Shown here piece after piece: positions 1 to 5,119 of a stretch of 9,599 nucleotides of DNA (positions within the stretch are counted from its first letter, which is position 1; the number at the start of each line of letters is the position of its first letter). This stretch comes from a virus. Taxonomy: Duplodnaviria > Heunggongvirae > Uroviricota > Caudoviricetes. Made by a program: the position numbers and the translations under genes. The notes under the pieces are model-generated. The model was not told where the DNA came from, searched no databases, and was given only the letters and a program-made list of their open reading frames with translations. The stretch lies in the IMG/VR virus record IMGVR_UViG_2713896901_000003, positions 1 to 9,599 of that record. The stretch is one strand, 5' to 3'.

Positions 1-24
1 AATTTCAAAGGTTAGTTTTTTCAT
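1..24 (-). CDS. ninB: NinB, first 8 codons only; the gene runs off the left edge of the window
   Basis: The reverse complement of 1..24 reads ATG AAA AAA CTA ACC TTT GAA ATT = MKKLTFEI. This matches the N-terminus I recall for lambda NinB. The position downstream of the replication genes is the usual start of the nin region. Confidence 0.6.
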
Positions 25-40
25 GACTTCCCTCTCCCCC

Positions 41-71
41 AAATAAAAAGGCCTGCGATTACCAGCAGGCC
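41..71 (-). terminator. Intrinsic terminator between the 89-aa ORF and ninB
   Basis: A 7-bp GC-rich stem, GGCCTGC (50-56) / GCAGGCC (65-71), with an 8-nt loop. On the minus strand it is followed by TTTTTATTT (complement of 41-49). Confidence 0.7.
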
Positions 72-97
72 TGTTATTAGCTCAGTGATGTAGATGG

Positions 98-367
98 TCA
101 TTGCTTCATCTCACTTTCCATTTCATCAATGTCAACGTCATCAGGAAGGTGGGAGCAATACGCCGCTATACCATGATGATTTATCTCATACCCTTTAAAC
201 GTTACCATCTGGCGCGTAATCTCAACTTCGTTCAGGAATCCGCCATCGCATAACTGCCTGGCTATTTTCGATTTGGTCTGGATTATTGGTAGTGCCTGTT
301 CTTTCAAAGCGTATGATATTTGTGCATCCCATGCCTTTTCGAGAATGGCTAATTGTTTTTTATTCAT
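98..367 (-). CDS. Hypothetical 89-aa protein in the lambda ren / P22 ninA slot
   Basis: ORF-track entry. Its ATG (365-367) overlaps the helicase TGA stop (367-369) as ATGA, which suggests translational coupling. An intrinsic terminator follows. I recognise no motif in the protein. Confidence 0.7.
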   Translation of the reverse strand: MNKKQLAILEKAWDAQISYALKEQALPIIQTKSKIARQLCDGGFLNEVEITRQMVTFKGYEINHHGIAAYCSHLPDDVDIDEMESEMKQ

Positions 368-1803
368 CAGAATCCTCCTTTCTTCTTGGACTGCGGTTCC
401 TCGCGTTCACGGCGGCGCATTTCAGCAGACTGTTGGTCTGTGTCATAAATAGCGCCATTTGCCTGAATGCAATACACCGTGCCGGTATTGCCATGACGAT
501 TGAGACGAAGGATTAGTTCGGTTTCACCAGGTGGAACACTGTCATCAAAAGCACCTTCACGATGGATCCCCACCCAATAATCGCAATCCTGTTCAATCTG
601 CCCTGTATCTCGGGAGTCACTTGGTAATGGGCGTTTATTGGTTCGGCTTTCCAGTGCGCGGTTAAGCTGTGTCAGAAGCACAACAACGCAATCAAGCTCT
701 TTGGCAAGGTTCTTCAGTCCTTTGGTGATCATGCCGTAGGCAAGGTCGTTACGATCGGCCTTTTCAGCGGTCATTAGTGTCAGGTAATCGACAAGAATCA
801 TGCCAACGCATCCTTTTTCTCGTTTGATTCGACGGCTTTCGCTGACGATTTGAGCCAAAGATAATCCCGGCGTGTCGTCGATGTAAAGCAGGTCGATTTC
901 ACTCAAGCGATTGGCTGTTTCTATCGCCCTGTTGAAGTCACCATCGTAATCACCCTGATAGCCGTCATCAGCGTCATTTGTCGCCGGAAGGTAAAAAATA
1001 TTCGGGTTAACACCTGACTTCTGCCCTACCAGTTTTTCCAGTATCTGGTCACTTGGCATTTCAAGGCTGAACATCAGAGCGGGCTTTTTCTCATGCACTG
1101 CGCAGTTGATTGCCATCTGGCTGTATAGCGTCGTTTTCCCCATCTTAGGGCGAGCGCCAATGACAAACAGAGAGCCTTTCACCAGACCTTTCGGTGACAG
1201 CATCCTGTCCAGCGATGGGATCCCTGTGCTCATTCCTCGTTGTTCGCCTGACGGGTCAAATCGCTTCTCAAGGTCGCTAACCCAGTCTTCCATGACCTCA
1301 CCAAATGAGCGAAGGCCGCGACGCGATCCGGTTTTTGCATGGTCTGTCAGTTGCGTGAAAATCGCCTGAATAGCTTCGTACTTCTGCGTCGCAGTCATTC
1401 CGTTGCGGGAATAGAGCAATTCCGTCGCTTCAGTCATGCGGTTGATGGCGTAGCGTTCCATTGCGGTTTCGCGAACCTGCATTGCATAGGCAACGATGTT
1501 TGCGGCGCTTGGCGTGTTCTTTGCGATCTCAGCGATATAAGCAAAACCGCCAACAGACGCCGTTAACGATTTACGCTCCAGTTCATCGAAAAGCGTCAGG
1601 CCATCTACTGGCTTTTGCTCCCGGTGCATTCTGATTATTTCTTCGAAAAGGATTTTGTGTGGTCGGCTGTAAAATGAATCAGGCTTCAGCATCGCCAGAA
1701 CTTTCTGGACGCGCTCACTGCTGTCATCATCCAGAAGCAATCCACCAATCACCGCCTGCTCTGCCTCGATGCTATGGGGCGGCGCATAAAAATTATCGGT
1801 CAT
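367..1803 (-). CDS. DnaB-family replicative DNA helicase (functional analogue of P22 gene 12)
   Basis: The N-terminus PPHSIEAEQAVIGGLLLD is typical of DnaB. Other DnaB motifs are present: Walker A GARPKMGKT, the VDYLTLM motif and the LTQLNR motif. I prefer the ATG at 1803 (GAGGG 8 nt upstream) over the GTG at 1818 given in the track. The start overlaps the end of the upstream initiator gene. Confidence 0.95.
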   Translation of the reverse strand: MTDNFYAPPHSIEAEQAVIGGLLLDDDSSERVQKVLAMLKPDSFYSRPHKILFEEIIRMHREQKPVDGLTLFDELERKSLTASVGGFAYIAEIAKNTPSAANIVAYAMQVRETAMERYAINRMTEATELLYSRNGMTATQKYEAIQAIFTQLTDHAKTGSRRGLRSFGEVMEDWVSDLEKRFDPSGEQRGMSTGIPSLDRMLSPKGLVKGSLFVIGARPKMGKTTLYSQMAINCAVHEKKPALMFSLEMPSDQILEKLVGQKSGVNPNIFYLPATNDADDGYQGDYDGDFNRAIETANRLSEIDLLYIDDTPGLSLAQIVSESRRIKREKGCVGMILVDYLTLMTAEKADRNDLAYGMITKGLKNLAKELDCVVVLLTQLNRALESRTNKRPLPSDSRDTGQIEQDCDYWVGIHREGAFDDSVPPGETELILRLNRHGNTGTVYCIQANGAIYDTDQQSAEMRRREREEPQSKKKGGF

Positions 1804-2692
1804 CGTGTTCACCCTCACGAACTTTCAGGTAGGTATTATCGTTAAGCAGGAAATCAAATCCCTTTTTGTGCCAGACAGTTCCGCGTTGATGGTTTGGGCG
1901 CTCTTCGAACATCCATCGGCAATTTTCGCCTACGTAGCTCAAATAATTTCTCCAGTCCTGCATCGAGAACCCATGCCCGTCAAGCTGGCGGGTTATAACT
2001 CCGGCTTTGCGCCAGAACGTTCGGATCTGGTTTTTACGCTTGTCATTCAGTGCGCGGATTCTTGGCGCTTCAGGAAGGATTTCGTGGTAAGCATCGACAA
2101 CATCCTGACAGCTGACGGAAGGTTTTTTCTTGTCAGACTTTTTGTCTGCTGTGGCACTCTCTAATACGTCAGTATTAGAGATAATATTATTATATTCTTT
2201 ATCTGTGGTAATTTGCTGGTAATCTGCTGGTACTGTATTGCTTACAGGCATTGGTATTGCTGGCTTTGAGGTGGTAATTTGCTGGTAATCTGCTGGTACA
2301 AAATTTGACTGATAATCGTCATATTTCTCTACCGAGAAAACTGAGAATTTACCGTGTGAAACCCAGTCAATCATGCCGAGTTTTTTGAACTTTCTAAGCA
2401 GGTACTGAACGCGATCTGGTTTGAGTCCTGTTTCAAACGCCAGAGAGTTTCTACCGCCAAGTAGCTTCCCTCTGCCTACCAGAATTTCTCCTGCGTCAGT
2501 CATTACATACTCAGGCGTATGCTTTGCTTTGAGGATTAAGTGAACCCACAGATGCGCTGCTTCTGCGTCCTTGTAAAACGGCACATCCATAATTTTACGG
2601 TGCAGCAAGGCATACCCCTTACCGCTGCTTTGATGCGGTCGTTGTAGCCTTCTGGCCTCTCTGGCTTCGGCTAGATTAGATATGTTACTCAT
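1793..2692 (-). CDS. Replication initiation protein (functional analogue of lambda O / P22 gp18) containing the ori iterons
   Basis: It lies directly upstream of the helicase gene and overlaps it. Iterons plus an AT-rich tract sit in the middle of the gene, as in lambda O. There is an AAGGAG Shine-Dalgarno 7 nt upstream of the ATG at 2690-2692. Confidence 0.85.
   Translation of the reverse strand: MSNISNLAEAREARRLQRPHQSSGKGYALLHRKIMDVPFYKDAEAAHLWVHLILKAKHTPEYVMTDAGEILVGRGKLLGGRNSLAFETGLKPDRVQYLLRKFKKLGMIDWVSHGKFSVFSVEKYDDYQSNFVPADYQQITTSKPAIPMPVSNTVPADYQQITTDKEYNNIISNTDVLESATADKKSDKKKPSVSCQDVVDAYHEILPEAPRIRALNDKRKNQIRTFWRKAGVITRQLDGHGFSMQDWRNYLSYVGENCRWMFEERPNHQRGTVWHKKGFDFLLNDNTYLKVREGEHDDR
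2205..2299. repeat. Putative phage origin iterons, with the adjacent AT-rich unwinding tract at 2161..2204
   Basis: The 29-bp sequence GTGGTAATTTGCTGGTAATCTGCTGGTAC occurs twice without mismatch, at 2205-2233 and 2271-2299. Each copy holds two GGTAAT(T/C)TGCTGG units. A degenerate unit, GGTATTGCTGG, lies between them at 2253-2263. The flanking tract CTAATACGTCAGTATTAGAGATAATATTATTATATTCTTTATC is very AT-rich. Confidence 0.8.
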
Positions 2693-2831
2693 GACCTTTC
2701 TCCTTCTGCATCAGCTTCACTTTTTCCAACTCAGCCCGGAATCGACCAGGCTGCTTGAAGCTGGACAGGAAGCGATCACGTAGTATGTGTTTGTGAATTT
2801 TGTCCTGGTAAGGACTGAGTTGTTTTGTCAT
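2685..2831 (-). CDS. Small basic 48-aa ORF between cII and the replication initiator (not in the ORF track)
   Basis: My translation is [48 protein letters not shown]. An AGGAG lies 5 nt upstream of the ATG (2829-2831). Its stop overlaps the initiator start as ATGAGTAA. As I recall, P22 has an 'orf48' of the same size in the same position. Confidence 0.5.
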   Translation of the reverse strand: MTKQLSPYQDKIHKHILRDRFLSSFKQPGRFRAELEKVKLMQKEKGHE

Positions 2832-2842
2832 AATTACTCCTG

Positions 2843-2919
2843 TGGATTGATCCAGTAATGACCTCAGAATTCCATCTGGATTTGTTCAGAACGCTCGGTC
2901 TTGCACACCGGGCGTTTTT
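2843..2919 (+). ncRNA. oop: oop-like antisense RNA overlapping the 3' end of cII
   Basis: The plus strand reads GATCCAGTAATGACCTCAGAATTCCATCTGGATTTGTTCAGAACGCTCGG...CCGGGCGTTTTTT. This is nearly the lambda oop sequence as I recall it. It ends in the hairpin GCTCGGT/ACCGGGC plus a T-run (2893-2920). The 5' end is approximate. Confidence 0.75.
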
Positions 2920-3163
2920 TCTTTGTGATTCCATCAAGCGCATACTTAAAAGCCCTGCTAATTGGACTGATGTCTGATGCCATTCCGAAAGCACACAAGA
3001 CCGAAGCAATAAACCGCCAGTCCGTTCTGCTTATCTTCGATTCATGACAGCCAATCATCTTTGCCAGACCACGCTGGGTAAGCGTTGACAGGTTGATGAG
3101 TAAATCTGTTTCTGCGCGATCAACGTCACGCTGTGATAGTTTGCTGTAACTTGTTTGTTCCAT
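2864..3163 (-). CDS. cII: CII transcriptional activator (lysogeny establishment)
   Basis: The C-terminus [19 protein letters not shown] matches the lambda CII C-terminus ([17 protein letters not shown]). An HTH-like segment, [17 protein letters not shown], is present. The position between nutR and the replication genes fits. The N-terminal two thirds differ from lambda. Confidence 0.9.
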   Translation of the reverse strand: MEQTSYSKLSQRDVDRAETDLLINLSTLTQRGLAKMIGCHESKISRTDWRFIASVLCAFGMASDISPISRAFKYALDGITKKKRPVCKTERSEQIQMEF

Positions 3164-3173
3164 TTCTTATGAT
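3141..3173 (+). promoter_or_regulatory. Candidate pRE with a CII-binding direct repeat
   Basis: The sequence is TTGC-TGTAAC-TTGT (3141-3154), then 13 nt, then TATGAT (3168-3173), then TTCC. This mirrors the lambda pRE layout (TTGC-N6-TTGC, 13 nt, AAGTAT, TTCC). It overlaps the cII start codon on the opposite strand, as in lambda. Confidence 0.5.
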
Positions 3174-3190
3174 TTCCAATAGTGAATATT

Positions 3191-3213
3191 ACGCATCTGT
3201 TGATGCGTTTTTT
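3191..3213 (+). terminator. Hairpin plus T-run between nutR and cII; the functional orientation is ambiguous (tR1 position)
   Basis: A perfect 7-bp stem, ACGCATC (3191-3197) / GATGCGT (3202-3208), with loop TGTT. On the plus strand it is followed by TTTTTG. On the minus strand it is preceded by an A-run and followed only by AAUAUUCACUAUU. Confidence 0.5.
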
Positions 3214-3215
3214 GT

Positions 3216-3253
3216 GGGGACGAATCATCCCCGACCTGATTGTTTAAAGAGCG
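3216..3253 (-). promoter_or_regulatory. nutR (boxA plus boxB)
   Basis: The minus strand reads CGCTCTTTAAACA (boxA, complement of 3241-3253), an 8-nt spacer, then GGGGATGATTCGTCCCC (boxB hairpin, complement of 3216-3232). The identical 17-nt boxB recurs at nutL. Confidence 0.8.
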
Positions 3254-3260
3254 GTGTTAC

Positions 3261-3485
3261 TTATGCTGCCTGATTCGGTTTTGGAAACAGGTGTGGCAAA
3301 TCGGGGCGAATTTCGTAAGCCTTGATCTGCCCTCCAGTGGCGTTAACGATGGCGGTAACTTTCTCTGGAGAGACCAACCCGCCTTTCAGCCATTTGTGTA
3401 CTGCTGGCTGCGTTACACCACACTTGTCGGCAAGGCGCTTTTGGCTACCGACAATTTTCAAGGCTCGTTGAATTACTAAATTCAT
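3261..3485 (-). CDS. cro: Cro-like repressor (small HTH protein)
   Basis: It is the first gene of the pR transcript. It has an HTH-like segment, SQKRLADKCGVTQPAVHKWL. I prefer the start at MNLVIQ (ATG 3483-3485, AGAGG 7 nt upstream). The track start at 3506 lies only about 6 nt from the predicted pR transcription start and has no Shine-Dalgarno. Confidence 0.85.
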   Translation of the reverse strand: MNLVIQRALKIVGSQKRLADKCGVTQPAVHKWLKGGLVSPEKVTAIVNATGGQIKAYEIRPDLPHLFPKPNQAA

Positions 3486-3518
3486 GAGCATACCTCTTGT
3501 GGTCATTACTTATAACCA

Positions 3519-3547
3519 AAGATAACTCAAGTTATAAAAAATAGCAA
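3519..3547 (-). promoter_or_regulatory. pR promoter
   Basis: The minus strand reads TTGCTA (complement of 3542-3547), 17 nt, TATCTT (complement of 3519-3524). The -10 hexamer is the same as at pL, and the operator geometry is also the same. Confidence 0.7.
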
Positions 3548-3584
3548 TAACCTTTGTTATTTTACTTTGGATAACCGTAGTTAT
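3522..3584. promoter_or_regulatory. Tripartite right operator OR1-OR3 (ATAAC-N4-GTTAT palindromes)
   Basis: ATAACTCAAGTTAT lies at 3522-3535, ATAACCTTTGTTAT at 3547-3560 and ATAACCGTAGTTAT at 3571-3584. Centre-to-centre spacing is 25 and 24 bp. The sites overlap the pR -10/spacer, abut both -35 elements, and overlap the pRM spacer/-10. Confidence 0.8.
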
Positions 3585-3589
3585 AGATT
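3561..3589 (+). promoter_or_regulatory. Candidate pRM promoter
   Basis: TTTACT (3561-3566), 17 nt, TAGATT (3584-3589). TAGATT is the lambda pRM -10 hexamer. The predicted transcription start falls at or next to the cI ATG at 3597, which implies a leaderless cI mRNA as in lambda. Confidence 0.55.
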
Positions 3590-3596
3590 TGTGGGT

Positions 3597-4304
3597 ATGA
3601 AAACATTCGCAGAAAGACTAAATGCAGCCATGAGCTCAGCAGGTGTGTCGCAATCACAGCTTGCTGACATGGTTGGAATATCTCAGCCAGCCATACAGAA
3701 GATGTCATCCGGTAAAACAAACGGATCTCGCAAGATGGTTGAATTAGCCAATGCTTTAAAAGTACGCCCTGAATGGCTTAGCTCTGGTATTGGTGAAATG
3801 AGGGATGGTACACATGAAGAACCATCCAATGTCCGTGAATCATCTTTAAAAGCTGTGGTATGGGAAGATATTAAAAGAAACGATGACGAGTTTGTCGCGT
3901 TGCCTCTTCTTAACGTTTCGCTTTCAGCTGGAAACGGTAGCTGCGAGCTAGAGGAATCATCAGAGTTCTCTTTGGTTTTCAGAAAGTACTATCTGAAAAA
4001 GATGGGGGTATCTGAAAGATCAGCCAAGCTAGTTAGGGTTGTAGGGCAAAGCATGGAACCAACGCTTCACGACGGAGATGTTGTTGGTGTTAACACACAA
4101 GATACCACAATCAGAGATGGTAAAACCTACGCTATTTGCCAGTCTGATTTGTTACGAGTAAAAACATTAATCGCCACCCCTACATCGGTGATAATCAGAT
4201 CAATAAATCGCGAAGAGTACCCAGATGAAGTAATGGATAGAGATGAATTTCATGAAACCGTAAGGATTATTGGCAGAGTATTCTGGTCGTCTCATAGTTG
4301 GTAA
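3597..4304 (+). CDS. cI: CI prophage repressor (N-terminal HTH plus C-terminal LexA/S24-type autocleavage domain)
   Basis: HTH segment SQSQLADMVGISQPAIQKMSSG. A candidate Ala-Gly cleavage site lies in LSAGNGS. The catalytic Ser context is GQSMEPT and the Lys context is LRVKTL. It is divergent from cro across the operators. I prefer the ATG at 3597 over the TTG at 3567 in the track, because that TTG lies inside the operator/promoter region. Confidence 0.9.
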   Translation: MKTFAERLNAAMSSAGVSQSQLADMVGISQPAIQKMSSGKTNGSRKMVELANALKVRPEWLSSGIGEMRDGTHEEPSNVRESSLKAVVWEDIKRNDDEFVALPLLNVSLSAGNGSCELEESSEFSLVFRKYYLKKMGVSERSAKLVRVVGQSMEPTLHDGDVVGVNTQDTTIRDGKTYAICQSDLLRVKTLIATPTSVIIRSINREEYPDEVMDRDEFHETVRIIGRVFWSSHSW

Positions 4305-4344
4305 CCGATAATCAGAAGAAGACTTACGGAAGTGCGGAGGGATA

Positions 4345-4641
4345 ATGGAATTTCTGATAGTTTTTGTTGTTGTTTTGGTCATCATTCTTTTTGTTTTGCT
4401 AAGCATTAGCAAAAAGCTATCTCAAATGATTGAACATAGCTCTAATCGCGCAAAAGAAGAAGACCATCTAATTGATATAAAAGAGATTCTCTCTGATATA
4501 AAAATCACATTAGATGAAATAAAATACACAACAGATCTAATTGAACAGTATAAAATACCAACCCCAAACGAAAGAAAAGCAATAGATCAATATCGTATTG
4601 ACTTAGAAATCGACGAAATGCTAAGCAAAAGAAAAGACTAA
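4345..4641 (+). CDS. 98-aa single-pass membrane protein with an acidic helical C-terminal domain, in the rex slot; function unknown
   Basis: GGAGGG Shine-Dalgarno just upstream of the ATG. The N-terminal hydrophobic segment EFLIVFVVVLVIILFVLLSI is followed by KK. The rest is I/L/E/K/D-rich with a heptad-like pattern. It starts 41 nt after the cI stop on the same strand and is followed by a strong terminator. Confidence 0.8.
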   Translation: MEFLIVFVVVLVIILFVLLSISKKLSQMIEHSSNRAKEEDHLIDIKEILSDIKITLDEIKYTTDLIEQYKIPTPNERKAIDQYRIDLEIDEMLSKRKD

Positions 4642-4645
4642 AAAC

Positions 4646-4673
4646 ACCCGGCCTCAGCGCCGGGTTTTCTTTT
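4646..4673 (+). terminator. Intrinsic terminator ending the cI operon
   Basis: A perfect 7-bp GC-rich stem, ACCCGGC (4646-4652) / GCCGGGT (4659-4665), with a 6-nt loop, followed by TTTTCTTTT. Confidence 0.85.
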
Positions 4674-4838
4674 CCTGCCGTCCCCCACCCAATCAACCAT
4701 CCTCATCATAGACAAGCATCAAGCCAAAGGTAGCACTTTCACCCCGCACGCAAGCCCTCAAACACCAATCAATCAGCAACATTTACAAAAATAAAATACC
4801 TTTGTTATCCATCACTTATAACTTATTTACCATAAAAT

Positions 4839-4877
4839 ATAAACTAAGTTATTGACCACACCTATAACCTAAGTTAT
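4839..4877. promoter_or_regulatory. Left operators OL2 and OL1
   Basis: ATAAACTAAGTTAT at 4839-4852 has one mismatch to the OR consensus. ATAACCTAAGTTAT at 4864-4877 is perfect. Spacing is 25 bp. More degenerate candidates lie at 4795-4808 (AATACCTTTGTTAT) and about 4818-4831. Confidence 0.7.
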
Positions 4878-4881
4878 CTTT
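4853..4881 (+). promoter_or_regulatory. pL promoter
   Basis: TTGACC (4853-4858), 17 nt, TATCTT (4876-4881). OL1 lies in the spacer/-10 and OL2 abuts the -35, a mirror image of pR. Confidence 0.75.
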
Positions 4882-4926
4882 AAGCCATCAGCAGGACGCA
4901 GGAAGCCAAACGGAACAGATTGGCAG

Positions 4927-4964
4927 GCTCTTTAACATTGATGGAATGGGGATGATTCGTCCCC
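4927..4964 (+). promoter_or_regulatory. nutL (boxA plus boxB)
   Basis: GCTCTTTAACA (4927-4937) matches the boxA consensus. A 10-nt spacer follows, then GGGGATGATTCGTCCCC (4948-4964), which is identical to the nutR boxB. Confidence 0.8.
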
Positions 4965-5119
4965 ACCAAAGAGAGGTTGGCTTTGGGATTTGATGAATGT
5001 GCAGGTCGATGCACTAACGCTTAGCGGTGAGCACCTGCCTTTGGGGCAGGATGGGTAGCCGCAATCAGGAGATCGACACCTGACATCAAATCACCAAAGT
5101 CAATCATCGGAGGTATCCA

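Noticed and set aside
1106-1566. Plus-strand ORFs 1106..1369 and 1339..1566, and also 1805..2164 and 286..516
   Set aside because: They are antisense to the helicase, the initiator and the 89-aa gene, which have clear motifs and coupling. They have no independent signals.
2205-2299. Whether the direct repeats could be a CRISPR array or a mobile-element end
   Set aside because: There are only two long copies, they lie inside a continuous ORF, and an AT-rich tract sits beside them. The arrangement is that of origin iterons. No cas genes, transposase or target duplication are present.
2776-3009. 77-aa minus-strand ORF overlapping cII in another frame
   Set aside because: The cII frame carries the conserved CII C-terminus. 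The upstream part of this ORF is better explained by the 48-aa ORF and the oop region.
3240-3479. 79-aa plus-strand ORF antisense to cro
   Set aside because: It is a shadow of the cro gene. This region is expected to be transcribed in the plus direction only as the untranslated pRE leader.
3486-3506. Upstream ATG at 3506 extending cro by 7 codons (MTTRGML)
   Set aside because: It lies only about 6 nt from the predicted pR start and has no Shine-Dalgarno. The ATG at 3485 has AGAGG at a proper spacing. The call is not fully excluded.
3512-3525. Possible fourth OR site, ATAACCAAAGATAA
   Set aside because: The right half-site is poor (GATAA against GTTAT) and it overlaps OR1. It is probably a chance half-site.
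3567-3596. TTG start at 3567 extending cI by 10 codons (MDNRSYRFVG)
   Set aside because: The extension lies inside OR3 and the pRM -10 region, so it would be upstream of the predicted transcription start. The ATG at 3597 fits a leaderless lambda-like cI.
4200-4696. Minus-strand ORFs 4200..4412 and 4505..4696 opposite the cI end, the 98-aa gene and the terminator
   Set aside because: They give low-complexity translations from AT-rich antisense sequence, have no ribosome-binding sites, and run through a terminator hairpin.
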